This document shows, one piece after another, positions 33,144 through 47,223 of a stretch of 64,000 nucleotides of DNA. Every line of letters begins with the position of its first letter. Positions within the stretch are counted from its first letter, which is position 1. The notes beneath the pieces were generated by a model that worked only from the letters and a program-made list of their open reading frames with translations, did no database searches and was not told the DNA's origin. This DNA is from Macrostomum lignano. Lineage: Eukaryota. The position numbers were made by a program, and so were the translations under genes. The stretch is from the NCBI GenBank assembly GCA_002269645.1, contig NIVC01001993.1, positions 1 to 64,000 of the forward strand, written 5' to 3'.

Positions 33144-34734
33144 GCGGGATTACGGTGTTTGATTAACGAGGAAATCCTTCATAATTGCTGACGGCCGATA
33201 TGTATCGAAAATATCATAGAATTGGGTCTGTGTCCGATATGTATCGAAAATATCATAGAATTGGGTCTGTGTCCGATATGTAGCGAAAATATTATAGAAT
33301 TGGGTCTGTGTCCGATATGTATCGAAAATATCATATAATTGGGTCTGTGTCCGATATGTAGCGAGAATATTACGGAATGGAATTTATGTCCAATATGTAT
33401 CGAAATGTTTTTTTGATTGGAAATCAGTTGGATCTTCTTCTGTAACTAATTTGCGAAGCCGATATGTGTCAAAGAAATCTTGTTTATTTTATTACTAACA
33501 ATAGTAATAACCGATATGTATAGAAAATCAACTTTTTTGCATTCGGATTTGTCACGCAATTAAATTATATTCTCTATCAAGCGATCTGCTCTCTCATACA
33601 CTTATTAACAAAAGTTTTCACCCAGAACTGCTAATATTATATGAAAAATTATATGCAGATGTACAATGCGTTACTAAATTAAAAAGCCGCGTGCGTGTTT
33701 GGCGTTTCTTCGCCATCTGTGTAGCTTTGTTGCAGCGATTTTGTTTTTGACTTCTCCCCGGGTAAGGGGTGTGAATACAAAACTGGGCTCTCGGAGCTTT
33801 CTGTGTTTCATTACTTTTAAATTGAAGATTGCCGACATGTATCGAAATAACTTAACTAAGTCACAGATACTAGAATAAGTAGAGTATTCAAAGATATGTT
33901 TAGAAAATAACTTTGTGGACATATGTATATCGACGAATCTGTAGTCACCGATATGTATAGACAATAACTTAGTAGACATCATATCTACGAATCTGTAGTC
34001 ACCGATATGTATAGACAATAACTTTGTAGGCATCATATCTACGAATCTAAATTCACAAATATGTATCGAAAATAGCCTAAGTGTGCATCATATACATGTA
34101 CGAATCTATATTCACCCGATATGTATCGAAAACTATGTAATAGACATTATATCTACGAATCTACATGTACAATATATTCACTAATATGTATAGAAAATAC
34201 CTTAGCGAATTAGACATTGAGGCCAAGAATACATATTCACTGATATGCATTGTTACCAACTTGACCAAGTAGATATTAATAAATAGGTATTCACCGATAT
34301 GTATCGAAAATAACTTAACTAGGTAGGCATGGTACCCAAGAATTCATATTCACCGATGTGTATTGTTAACAACTTGGCCAGGAAAGAATTTACATTCGAG
34401 AATCCACATTCCTAGATCGGTTTGCAAGTACGAGCTATGAAGCTCTTGTGTTGTAAAAGCTTGATTGACAAATTGTATTTGATATTTGCATACACTGCAC
34501 GCTCAATACTTTAGAAAACATTAAGAATACAAAAATGCAACAATGGCAGAGGATCGGATAGTTTAGACCAGGAGAGTGCAAGGAACATCCTGCGGACCGC
34601 TTGAAAGAGACTTGCATTGATGGAACGCGCGTGAATTTATTGATAACCCATGTAATGCATGCCAAAAAGTTTACTGGGATAAAAAAGCAAATTATTACTA
34701 TACTGTAGACTTGATTTTTAGAGACTCTAGGCCT

Positions 34735-35550
34735 ATCTAGGCCAGGCTACTCAGAGACTGACTCAGCCAATCTAGGCCAGGCTACTCAGAGACTGACCCA
34801 GCCAATCTAGGCCAGGCAACTCAGAGACTGACTCAGCAATTCTTGACCAGGCAACTCAGAGACTGACTCAGCCAACTTCGGCCAGGCACTCAGAGACTGA
34901 CTCAGCTAATCTAGGCCAGGCAACTCAGAGACTGACTCAGCTAATCTAGGCCAGGCAACTCAGAGACTGACTCAGCTAATCTAGGCCAGGCAACTCAGAG
35001 ACTGACTCAGCTAATCTAGGCCAGGCAACTCAGAGACTGACTCAGCTAATCTAGGCCAGGCAACTCAGAGACTGACTCAGCTAATCTAGGCCAGGCAACT
35101 CAGAGACTGACTCAGCCAACTTCGGCCAAGCACTCAGAGACTGACTCAGCCAATCTAGGCCAGGCAACTCAGAGACTGACTCAGCTAATCTAGGCCAGGC
35201 AACTCAGAGACTGACTCAGCCAACTTCGGCCAAGCACTCAGAGACTGACTCAGCCAATCTAGGCCAGGCAACTCAGAGACTGACTCAGCTAATCTAGGCC
35301 AGGCAACTCAGAGACTGACTCAGCCAACTTCGGCCAAGCACTCAGAGACTGACTCAGCCAATCTAGGCCAGGCAACTCAGAGACTGACTCAGCAATTCTT
35401 GACCAGGCAACTCAGAGACTGACTCAGCCAATCTAGGCCAGGCAACTCAGAGACTGACTCAGCCAACTTCGGCCAGGCACTCAGAGACTGACTCAGCCAA
35501 CTTCGGCCAGGCACTCAGAGACTGACTCAGCTAATCTCGGCCAGGCACTG
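34735..35550. repeat. 35-bp minisatellite CTCAGAGACTGACTCAGCTAATCTAGGCCAGGCAA overlapping the ARID2 stop codon
   Basis: Tandem array; the last unit is the ARID2 CDS end. Confidence 0.95.
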
Positions 35551-38500
35551 AGCCACAGTTTCAGTTGCTTCGCCGCCGGCCAGCGCTATCTCGGCCAGCC
35601 GCGCCAGATTAACGCGCAGGAAGTCCCGCGCCGACTTCGCCGCTCGCGCCAGCCGCAGGAGGGTCAGCGCGGAGGTCAGCCGGATGTGCCGCGTCACGGG
35701 GCCCTCATCGATCGGCGCCCCCGGAGAAGCCGTCACTTCAGCAGCCCGAGCCGCCGCGCCGGCCTCCGTCAGGCGGTAGATGGCCAGCCGGGCCGCATCG
35801 TCCGGTAGTTGGTGGATTGTCGCCGCTGCCACTGTCGGCTCAGTCGACGACGGCGCCGTTGACACGATGGTCGGCAGCTGATGGCAGGCGGCGGCGTCCA
35901 GCGCGGCTTGTCGGCGTAGTCGAAGGGACTCGTCGAGAGCCGCCTGGCTGCAGTGCCGCTCCTGCACGTGTGACAGCAGCGAGAGGGCGCCGCGACGGCC
36001 GGGGTTGCAGCCGCGCCAACGACACCCGTCAGCGCCGGGCAGCAAGTGGACAGTGTACACGTGGTGCAGCACCCTGGCCGGGGTGTCCGCGCAGTGCCAG
36101 CAGCCGTCCCATTCGCACAGCAGGCCGAGGGGCGGCTTCGGCTTTGGGAGGGTGATGCGGATCACGATGGGCGGCTGCTGCTGCCGGCCCTGATGCCCGT
36201 TGGGCGGCTCGCTGTAGGGATCAGAGAGCAGATGGGTGGGTTTATTGAGGGCAGGTTGGTGGGTTTATTGAGGGCAGCTTGGTGGGTTTATTGAGGGCAG
36301 CTTGGTGGGTTTATTGAGGGCAGGTTGGTGGGTTTATTGAGGGCAGCTTGGTGGGTTTATTGAGGGCAGATTGGTGGGTTTATTGAGGGCAGGTTGGTGG
36401 GTTTATTGAGGGCAGATTGGTAGGTTTATTGAGGGCAGGTTGGTGGGTTTATTGAGGGCAGATTGGTGGGTTTATTGAGGGCAGATTGTTGGGTTTATTG
36501 AGGGCAGATTGTTGGGTTTATTGAGGGCAGATTGGTGGGTTTATTGAGGGCAGGTTGGTAGGTTTATTGAGGGCAGCTTGGTGGGTTTATTGAGGGCAGG
36601 TTGGTGGGTTTATTCAGGGCAGGTTGGTGGGTTTATTGAGGGCAGGTTGGTGGGTTTATTGAGGGCAGGTTGGTGGGTTTATTGAGGGCAGATTGGTAGG
36701 TTTATTGAGGGCAGATTGGTAGGTTTATTGAGGGCAGGTTGGTGGGTTTATTGAGGGCAGATTGGTGGGTTTATTGAGGGCAGATTGTTGGGTTTATTGA
36801 GGGCAGGTTGGTAGGTTTATTGAGGACAGCTTGGTGGGTTTATTGAGGGCAGGTTGGTGGGTTTATTCAGGGCAGGTTGGTGGGTTTATTGAGGGCAGGT
36901 TGGTGGGTTTATTGAGGGCAGGTTGGTGGGTTTATTGAGGGCAGATTGGTAGGTTTATTGAGGGCAGATTGGTAGGTTTATTGAGGGCAGGTTGGTGGGT
37001 TTATTGAGGGCAGATTGGTGGGTTTATTGAGGGCAGATTGTTGGGTTTATTGAGGGCAGATTGGTGGGTTTATTGAGGGCAGGTTGGTAGGTTTATTGAG
37101 GACAGCTTGGTGGGTTTATTGAGGGCAGGTTGGTGGGTTTATTCAGGGCAGGTTGGTGGGTTTATTCAGGGCAGGTTGGTGGGTTTATTGAGGGCAGGTT
37201 GGTGGGTTTATTGAGGGCAGGTTGGTGGGTTTATTGAGGGAAGATTGGTGGGTTTATTGAGGGCAGGTTGGTGGGTTTATTGAGGGCAGATTGGTGGGTT
37301 TATTGAGGGCAGATTGTTGGGTTTATTGAGGGAAGATTGGTGGGTAGCGAAGGCACATTGGTGGGTAGTGAGGGCAGATTAATGTGGGTAGTGGGATTGG
37401 TGGGACTGTTAAAATCCCGAGAATTACCCTGCAGCCTCAACTGCTGGAAGCTCAGCCTCCTCATCGACTGCTGCGTGTCCGTTCGCCATGCCGAGCAGCC
37501 GCCGTCCGTTCTTCTGCAGCGCCCGCCCAGCCAGGGCCAGACCGCCGTTGAGGCCGCAGTCCAGCTTAATCAGCTTCGAGCCGGCGGCCTCTTTTTCGAT
37601 CTCGTCCACCAATCTCAGCTGGTGCAGCCGTTTCCTATTGTTGTTCGCGCGCGGCCAGATTTGCCTGCGGATTCGGCGTTATTAGACATATAATGATAAA
37701 ACGCTATTCAGACTACTCAATAGCTACTGACTGATTTTATGGTGCGACGGAAGGAAAAGAAAAACAATTGCTCACCGCACGAGGTTGTAGAACTCCGGTG
37801 CAGTCAGCTTCGGCGGGCCGTCGGCAGCGGCGTACTCGGCGTAGGCGGCGGCCGCCGCGGCAACGACATCAAAACCGACAACGGCGGCATCAAAGCCGGC
37901 TGGGAAGCGTCTCTTCAGCCACTGTTCGGCGTGGCATTGCGGACTCTCCGCTTCGACGACTTGGTCGGCCTTCGTGTCGGAGTCGACGTCGAGTTCCGAG
38001 TCAGCATCCACGCCGTGAAAGACCCGGATGCCGGCGAGGCCAGCGTCGCCGACCTGCTTGGCATTGAAGCTCAGCAGGTCGAGCAGCACCCGCAGCAGTT
38101 CGGACGCCTCCAGTTCGGCCAGCCGGCTAGCTGTCCGGCTGCCCAGCCCGGCCAGTCGGTAGGCAGCATCCAGAGCGGCCAGCAGCAGCCGCAGGTCGGG
38201 CAGCAGCAGCAGTGGTACCAGACGGGCCAGGACAGAGTCGGGCAGGTCAGCCGCCAGCCAATCAGCGTTGTCCGGCTGCGAGGCCAGGCTGGCCAGCAGC
38301 TCCAGGCCTGCAGGTGGATTCGGCGACTTGTCACTCCGACACTTCCCATTCCCACCTTTGTCACTCCGACACTTCCCATTCCCACCTTTGTCACTCAGAC
38401 ATTTCCCATTCTAACCTTTGTCACTCCGACACTTCCAATTCACACCTTTGTCACTCAGACATTTCCCATTCCAACCTTTGTCACTCCGACACTTCCCATT

Positions 38501-41500
38501 CCCACCTTTGTCACTCCGACACTTCCCATTCCCTCCTTTGTCACTCCGACACTTCCAATTCCCACTTTTGTCACCCAGACACTTCCCATTCCCTCCTTTG
38601 TCACTCCGACACTTCCAATTCCCACCTTTGTCACTCAGACACTTCCCATTCCCTCCTTGTCACTCCGACACTTCCCATTTCCTCCTTTGTCACTCTGACA
38701 CTTCCCACCATTTTCGCTCCATCCCAAGCGTTCGTGACAAATCTGGCCGGCACTCACCCCGCACCAGCATCTGCCGGTCCTGGCCGAGCACGCAGTCAGT
38801 CACAGCCCGCATCAGCGCCAGCCGCAGGCCGGACGTGCTGGCCACCAGCGGCAGAGCCGTCAGCGCGTCGATGCCCAGGTGACGCAGCGCGGCATGCCGG
38901 CTAGCCAGGCAGAGCAGCAGCAGCCGGAGAGTCGGCGGTGACCGCGACGCCAGCGCCGCGTTGGCCGGCTCGTCCAGCACGAGGTTGCGCAGCGCTGAGA
39001 CAATCAGCAGCACCCGCTGGCCGGCCAGATCCCGGAGGCTCAGGTCCGACGCCGTCAGGTTGAACAGACGCCAAGCGGCGATGGTAACCGGCGTCGGCTG
39101 CTCCGGGTCGCCATGGCAACAGGAGCCTTTCGTCAGGCAGTTCGGCGTCAACAGTTGACGCTGCTCCGCATCCCAGACCGATTGGCGCCAGAACTGCAGC
39201 GAAGTGATTTAACAGTAAGTAAGCCAGCCATCCGGACCGTCGAGATATTCAACAGTTCTGCCATAAGCGCCAGTGCATTCAGTACACCCCTGTGCGCCAA
39301 TTAGCACTGCGCCTCAGTGCAGACTTGCCAAGCCTTCAAATTTCATCAGCACGTCGATCAAATGTGTCTGCGTCATTTCTGACTTAGTTGGTTACTGGCC
39401 TTCGCCCAGACGGAGCTTCTGGACCTTCAACATATGGCTCCAGTTGACTAAGGACACTCTGTCTCGAATTCCTTCAGTTTCGAGAGATCAAACCTAGAGA
39501 GTGGGCAAGCCTCACTGCTGGACATCCTCAGCTAGTTCTACTGTTAATCGGAACATATCGGTAGACTATGCATGGAAGCAGCGGGATTGATATCAATGCT
39601 CATTGAAACTCACGTCTGATACGTTTACTCCGCTCTCCTGTCTCCATCGCTCGGCCAGGGATGAGCAGGATGGCTGGCCTGAATCCGCTGTAAGGAACAG
39701 TGGCTGACAGCTGATTGATCGGGCAGGAGAAAACCAAAACAAAGACAAGGCAAACAAAGAAAATCTAAACAAAGACAACCCAAACAAAGACAATACAAAC
39801 AAAGACAAGGCAAGCAAAGACAACCAAAACAAAGTGTGAAATTATGAGCCGAGTGATTGTAGTTAGAAGTAGAAAAGGAAGGACACGTGAAACTCTCCAC
39901 GCGCGGTGTTGTATTTATTTATATTGATTTACTGACTCAGCACAGACAGAGATTAGGGGTGGGTGACTGAACAACACAGAGAGAGAGAGAGAGAGAGAGA
40001 GTAAATAACCAACTCCAAACCCCACCGACACTGGGGTGGCAAAAGTGCACTAGATCTAAAAAATAAACAAATAATAATAACTAACTGAGAGACCTAGCCA
40101 AGCCATACACATAACTAACTATCTGACACAAAGACAAAGCAAACAAGGCATTCTAAACAAAGACAACCCAAACAAAGTGACAATGCAAACAAAGACAATC
40201 CAAAACAAAGACAACCCAAACAAAGACAACCCAAACAAAGACAACCCAAACAAAGGCAACCCAAACAAAGACAACCCAAACAAAGACAACCCAAACAAAG
40301 ACAACCCAAACAAAGACAACCCAAACAAAGACAACCCAAACAAAGACAACCCAAGCAAATACAACCAAGACATCCCATGACACCCAAAACTCCGAGATTC
40401 TCCTCACCGTCATCCAGCACCCCCGCGTGCGCCGCCAGCAGCTCCAGAAGTCTTGGATTGCCAGCCAGCTGGAATGCCGCCGGTCCTGACTGGCTTGACA
40501 TCAGCAGGCAGGCGTTGATAGCGAAATCCAGCTCGTTAGGGAGGCCGCTGAGCAGTGCCAGCTCCAGCGGCCGGTACTCGTCGAGCTCGACCAGCTCGGT
40601 GGAGAGATTCCAGTCAGAACGCAGGTGCGGCGGCAGCAGGTGGTTGTCCAGATTGTACACCTGCTGATGTGCCGCTTCGGCCGCCGCCGAGGCCTGATAT
40701 CGCCGCAGCCTCAGCAGCTCGCAACCATCGCCTGGCTGCTGCTGCTGCTGCTGCTGGCCGCTCCGGCTGATGTCCTCCTGTATAGTAACTGCATGGCAAC
40801 CATTGTTATCGTCGCATGCGGTAGACAAATTCTGCCGCTGGCATCGTTCGAACGGCTCCAGATAGCGTTGGTACACCTGGCGGAGTGCCAGATCGGCGTT
40901 GACGTAATACCAGCGCAAGCCGACCGACTCAAGCACCAGGTGCCACTGGCGGAGCTCGCACACCTTCGAGATTTGTTTAGTGCTTCTTGAAACACCTGTT
41001 TGATGCACCTAACTTAGCACCCCTGACACCCAATTTAGCACCCCCTGACACCCAATTTAGCACCCCCTGACACCCAATTTAGCACCCCTGATACTCAATT
41101 CAGCACCCCCTGACACCAAACTTAGCACCCACTGACACCCAATTTAGCACCCTTGACACCCAACTTAGCACCCACTGACACCCAATTTAGCACACTGACA
41201 CCCAATTTAGCACCCACTGACACCCAATTTAGCACCCACTGACACCCAATTTAGCACCCACTGACACCCAATTTAGCACCCACTGACATCCAATTTAGCA
41301 CCCACTGACACCCAATTTAGCACCCACTGACACCCAATTTAGCACCCACTGACACCCAATTTAGCACCCACTGACACCCAATTTAGCACCCACTGACATC
41401 CAATTTAGCACCCACTGACACCCAATTTAGCACCCACTGACACCCAATTAAGCACCCTGACATCCAATTTCTTTTTTGGCGTTTCAGGTTGCTTATACTT

Positions 41501-41698
41501 TTCCGTTCTTAAGCCACCATAACGTCTATAAGCCCCTGAGCAAGAGATTAAAGATATGAAAATATTTCTTCAGAGTTATTGCCAGCTCGCGGTTCCATTC
41601 TAACCCGTCTGAATCCGCCCAGCCTGGCGACCGCATTGTACAGCCGGTGGAAGTCGACCCGCCTGCCGAACACTATCGGGGCGTGCAAGAATGGCGTT
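35527..41698 (-). CDS. ARID2: ARID2/BAF200-like PBAF subunit; exons ~41605-41698, 40408-40963, ~38720-39160, ~37770-38305, ~37430-37690, 35527-36211 (upstream exon not located)
   Basis: ARID domain (VDFHRLYNAVARLGGFRR|VCELRQW..LRQVYQRYLEPFER), LALLSGLPNELDFAINAC, ARM segment, two C2H2 fingers and C-terminal EGPVTRHIRLTSAL. Confidence 0.9.
36230..37350. repeat. Intronic minisatellite, 23-bp unit GGTGGGTTTATTGAGGGCAGGTT
   Basis: Tandem array. Confidence 0.95.
38328..38705. repeat. Intronic minisatellite, 30-bp unit TTGTCACTCCGACACTTCCCATTCCCACCT
   Basis: Tandem array filling an ARID2 intron. Confidence 0.9.
40130..40365. repeat. Intronic minisatellite, 15-bp unit AAACAAAGACAACCC (related short array at ~39735-39830)
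   Basis: Tandem array. Confidence 0.9.
41005..41470. repeat. Intronic minisatellite, 22-bp unit GACACCCAATTTAGCACCCACT
   Basis: Tandem array. Confidence 0.9.
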
Positions 41699-43310
41699 CT
41701 AAAAATAGCAACAACAGAGGGGTTGCCCGCCAGGGTGAATCCCTTGCTGCTTTGTGCGTAATTTTTGATTAACTAATAGAAATAAAACGATAAGCGATCT
41801 AGCAAGTTCGGACTCACTTTCTAGCTGAATGAAATTCCCTGAGCTGCAGGTCGAACTGAGCTCTGTCCTGTTCACTGAGGAGTCGCGGTCTGGCGGTCTG
41901 TTGCTGATGGCAAGTCTGCTTCTTTCTGTTCATTCTGCAGATCTTCTTTAGTGCTGAAATAAATTGTTCGTTTGAAGAATTGATAACCTATTACACAAAA
42001 TTAAAACAAACAAAAAACTTGAAAACGTATCCGCTAATATTTTATGAGGAGTTTATTTTCTCTTTTTATAAAATTTGGCTACCTGCCAAGGGACTATGCA
42101 TACTTTTAGCTGATAGGTTAACTTTCGCTACAGAATGACTGTCAATAAGATAATATGCATGTAGAAAATCATTTTACTTACAGCTGTATCGACCTGTATA
42201 AGACTAGGAGAAAATGATATTAGTTGCCGCAATATCACTTTCCGAGCCAATTCAAGCAGGAGATTACCATTGCTGTTGGTCTGCTTTTGAGAAGCAATTA
42301 TTGATTATTAAATAAGAGAGGCCCAGCTGGGGTTCGAATTCGAATGTCAAGCCAAGGGTAGAGCAGAGAAAAAGTGCAAATTTGAATTTTCGTCCCCTTG
42401 GCTCCTGCGGCGGCTGCGGCTGTGGCTGCGGCGTGAACTTTGCCTCTTCGGCAGAGGCGGTTCAGGCAAGGGCAAGCAGGTGTCTCTCTGTGTGTGTTAC
42501 CTTCTTCCCCCGCGAGAAGCCTTGGCCTCTGCCTGCTGGAGTCTAAGACCCAGTAAGCTGGCAGGGACTGATGGATGGGGATGAGGAAGGGGGATGGGTA
42601 GGACGAAAGCTTGAAGCTGCCTGCCTTGAGCTATGAGCTTCCTATAGGGGACTATAAACTTAGGGAGGGGCGCCTATTGCTTCTTGCGTTGAAAATCAGA
42701 AGCAAGCCCTATCCTTTTGCCCCGTCAATTCTCTAGCCTTCCTCCCTGGTTTCTGTCCCGAAGCAGGGCCAGGGGAAAGAGAGCGAGAGCTGTCTCCCCT
42801 CTGTACGGCAACGCTTGGACGGGCTTGCACGGGGAGAGAGAAATGGGATCGGGGCAGAGAAGAACGGGGGAGTCGCGGAGGTGGGGCCAGACAGAGACAG
42901 ACAAGTCATCCTTCTTTCCTTCCTTTTGCTTCCCTCCCCCCTTTCCAAACGGAGACTTAGAGGGGGGACCTCATGGCTCATATTGATTATTCCAGCCCTA
43001 TCCAATAGTAGAAGAGTCTGGACTGCAGTGCTAAAATAATGTCAAATAAATTAACAATAAAATGTTTTACTTGCTACTTTCAACTCACAAACAGTAGAAT
43101 ACTGAGGACTGGTGCTCCGTATTTGTTTGATTTAATTGTATAAGTTGATAGGCATTAAAAATGGACAATACCATTCAGTGAAACTTAGTCAATATTAAGT
43201 TTTAACAGTTATCATATACAAAGACTGTTAATATTACTGTCAATATTACGGACAGCAGATTTGTAATCCATTTTTTATAAAAAGCACAGTGATTGTGTCC
43301 TCCGGCAGCT

Positions 43311-43330
43311 GCCTCCGTGGCGCAATAGGC

Positions 43331-43367
<37 letters not shown>

Positions 43368-43383
43368 GAGCCCACCCGGGGCG
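43311..43383 (+). tRNA. tRNA-Asn (GTT); 3' acceptor strand one G short
   Basis: GCCTCCGTGGCGCAATAGGCTAGCGCG-TTCGG-CTGTTAA-CCGAA..GGTTCGAGCCC; downstream T-run. Confidence 0.85.
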
Positions 43384-43539
43384 GGATTTCTTTTTCCACT
43401 TTTTAGGTTTGAATTCAAAATCAAATATATTCATATTTTCATGTATTCAAAACAATAAACATCATTTAAAGTCAAAATTTTACATGCATTTTGGGCCATC
43501 CCAAAGCCTACAGATCTAGACTGGTTCACATCTGGATCT

Positions 43540-44060
43540 TGCCATCTGGGAGGCTGGCCCAGCATCTGAGGATCTGGGAGGCTGGCTCAGCATCTGAGGA
43601 TCTGGGAGGCTGGCCCAGCATCTGAGGATCTGGGAGGCTGGCCCAGCATCTGAGGATCTGGGAGGCTGGCCTAGCATCTGAGGATCTGGGAGGCTGGTCC
43701 AGCAACTGAGGCTCTGGGAGGTTGGCCCAGCATCTGAGGATCTGGGAGGCTGGCCCAGCATCTAAGGATCTGGGAGGCTGGACCAGCAACTGAGGCTCTG
43801 GGAGGCTGGCCCAGCAACTGAGGATCTGGGAGGCTGGCCCAGCAACTGAGGATCTGGGAGGTTGGCTGAGCATCTGAGGATCTGGGAGGCTGGCCCAGCA
43901 ACTGAGGATCTGGGAGGCTGGCCCAGCATCTGAGGATCTGGGAGGCTGGCCCAGCATCTGAGGATCTGGGAGGCTGACCCAGCATCTGAGGATCTGGGAG
44001 GCTGGCCCAGCAACTGAGGATCTGGGAGGGTTGCCTAGCAACTGAGGATCTGGGAACGTC
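43540..44060. repeat. Minisatellite, 28-bp unit GATCTGGGAGGCTGGCCCAGCATCTGAG
   Basis: Tandem array. Confidence 0.95.
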
Positions 44061-44477
44061 CATAAAAGTTAAAAGATCATTCGATTTGATCGAATTCTCA
44101 GCGTCTGCAGTGACCTAGTTTCCAATGCACTGCTCCAAAACTTTGATTACTACATGTAAGCCGATAAAGCCGTAAACAGCCGTAGTTTACGTAGGCCGTA
44201 GTATCCACGCCCAACACACTGGAAGAATCTTTATAACATCCTCCAGAATGAAGTCCTCGCCATCAGTTCCTGTGCTGCAGAGCTTTGCAGCAAGGACTTC
44301 AAATGCAGAAAAATCTCTTCCACTCTGACAGCCGGGCTGCCGCATAACCTTCACAGGTCACGGCTGCTTTTCCAGAGACTTCCTCCGGGGCGACCGCCGG
44401 AGCGAACTCTGCCCCCTTCTGCAACCTTGAAAACGAAAATGCCACAGAACTTTGTCTGCCACTGCCCAGTCTTCAAC

Positions 44478-45300
44478 CGCGACGTTTGCTCCACGGTAGG
44501 GTCGCGACGTTTGCTCCACGGTAGGGTCGCGACGTTTGCTCCACGGTAGGGTCGCGACGGTTGCTCCACGGTAGGGTCGCGACGTTTGCTCCACGGTAGG
44601 GTCGCGACGCTTGCTCTACGGTAGGGTCGCGACGGTTGCTCCACGGTAGGGTCGCGACGTTTGCTCCACGGTAGGGTCGCGACGGTTGCTCCACGGTAGG
44701 GTCGCGACGTTTGCTCCACGGTAGGGTCGCGACGTTTGCTCCACGGTAGGGTCGCGACGCTTGCTCTACGGTAGGGTCGCGACGGTTGCTCCACGGTAGG
44801 GTCGCGACGTTTGCTCCACGGTAGGGTCGCGACGCTTGCTCTACGGTAGGGTCGCGACGGTTGCTCCACGGTAGGGTCGCGACGGTTGCTCCACGGTAGG
44901 GTCGCGACGGTTGCTCCACGGTAGGGTCGCGACGTTTGCTCCACGGTAGGGTCGCGACGTTTGCTCCACGGTAGGGTCGCGACGTTTGCTCCACGGTAGG
45001 GTCGCGACGTTTGCTCCACGGTAGGGTCGCGACGTTTGCTCTACGGTAGGGTCGCGACGTTTGCTCCACGGTAGGGTCGCGACGTTTGCTCCACGGTAGG
45101 GTCGCGCCGTTTGCTCCACGGTAGGGTCGCGACGTTTGCTCTACGGTAGGGTCGCGACGTTTGCTCCACGGTAGGGTCGCGACGTTTGCTCCACGGTAGG
45201 GTCGCGACGTTTGCTCCACGGTAGGGTCGCGACGTTTGCTCCACGGTAGGGTCGCGACGTTTGCTCCACGGTAGGGTCGCGACGTTTGCTCCACGGTAAG
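44478..45300. repeat. Minisatellite, 25-bp unit CGCGACGTTTGCTCCACGGTAGGGT
   Basis: Tandem array. Confidence 0.95.
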
Positions 45301-45899
45301 TTCAAGTAAGTGAAGAGCTGTGAACCCTCTGATAATTAGTTCCTGTTCAAGTCTACCAAGTTCAACGAATATGTTCTAAATAAAAAATAATCAAACAAAT
45401 TTATCAGGCAGATATACGAGAAACCTTATTTCGGAACCAGACAAATTGCAGTACAGATTTTATTTACTTATTAATTTGATTTCGCAAACTACGGTAGACT
45501 CTATTTTAATTAGGCCGGTTACAGACAGACAAAAACACACAGGATAGAGATAATTTTGCTAACTATAGAATAAGTAATTAGCCGAACTAAAAAAGTACAA
45601 ATGCTTTTAAATATTATACAATAACGAAGTTTTAAAGTACACAAATAGAAGTTCATTCATGCATACTTACTAATTAGGCTAAAAATCAGATGCAGTCTGG
45701 TTGGGGACATTATTTATTAGTAATTTTTAATTTTAATTTTAGTAATTTTAGTAATTATGTAATTTTTATAATAATAAGCATCATTAGGAAACACAACGGA
45801 AAGGACAAATTTAAATTTGTACTTTAACATTCAACGAAAATATTAATAGTGAGTTCGAGAATCCACCTCGGCCTAAAACATTTGATCGAGAACTTCAAA

Positions 45900-47158
45900 C
45901 CGTACAGCTCTCACTGCCGATGCTAATGACCACATAGCTCTCACTGCCGATGCTAATGATCACATAGCTCTCGCTGCTGATGCTAATGATCACATAGCTC
46001 TCACTGCCGATGCTAATGATCACATAGCTCTCACTGCTGATGCTAATGATCACATAGCTCTCACTGCCGATGCTAATGATCACATAGCTCTCACTGCCGA
46101 TGCTAATGATCACATAGCTCTCACTGCCGATGCTAATGATCACATAGCTCTCACTGCCGATGCTAATGATCACATAGCTCTCACTGCTGATGCTAATGAT
46201 CACATAGCTCTCACTGCCGATGCTAATGATCACATAGCTCTCACTGCCGATGCTAATGATCACATAGCTCTCACTGCCGATGCTAATGATCACATAGCTC
46301 TCACTGCCGATGCTAATGATCACATAGCTCTCACTGCTGATGCTAATGATCACATAGCTCTCACTGCCGATGCTAATGATCACATAGCTCTCACTGCCGA
46401 TGCTAATGATCACATAGCTCTCACTGCCGATGCTAATGATCACATAGCTCTCACTGCTGATGCTAATGATCACACAGCTCTCACTGCTGATGCTAATGAT
46501 CACATAGCTCTCACTGCTGATGCTAATGATCACATAGCTCTCACTGCTGATGCTAATGATCACATAGCTCTCACTGCTGATGCTAATGATCACATAGCTC
46601 TCACTGCTGATGCTAATGATCACATAGCTCTCACTGCTGATGCTAATGATCACACAGCTCTCACTGCTGATGCTAATGATCACATAGCTCTCACTGCCGA
46701 TGCTAATGATCACATAGCTCTCACTGCTGATGCTAATGATCACATAGCTCTCACTGCCGATGCTAATGATCACATAGCTCTCACTGCTGATGCTAATGAT
46801 CACACAGCTCTCACTGCTGATGCTAATGATCACACAGCTCTCACTGCTGATGCTAATGATCACATAGCTCTCACTGCCGATGCTAATGATCACATAGCTC
46901 TCACTGCTGATGCTAATGATCACATAGCTCTCACTGCCGATGCTAATGATCACATAGCTCTCACTGCTGATGCTAATGATCACACAGCTCTCACTGCTGA
47001 TGCTAATGATCACATAGCTCTCACTGCTGATGCTAATGATCACACAGCTCTCACTGCTGATGCTAATGATCACATAGCTCTCACTGCTGATGCTAATGAT
47101 CACACAGCTCTCACTGCTGATGCTAATGATCACATAGCTCTCACTGCTGATGCTAATT
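45900..47158. repeat. Minisatellite, 30-bp unit CACATAGCTCTCACTGCTGATGCTAATGAT
   Basis: Near-perfect array of about 42 units. Confidence 0.97.
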
Positions 47159-47223
47159 AGTTTGACAAAATTAAAAATCCATCCAGTCTATGCAAGCCTA
47201 CAAAAGCATTGATGATTCAGTAA

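Noticed and set aside
44100-44500. Possible plus-strand exons (YPRPTHWKNLYNILQNEV..)
   Set aside because: Open frame and splice-like sites exist, but phases do not join and I recognise no domain.
45900-47158. CRISPR-like appearance of regular arrays
   Set aside because: Units are contiguous with no unique spacers, there are no cas genes and the context is eukaryotic.
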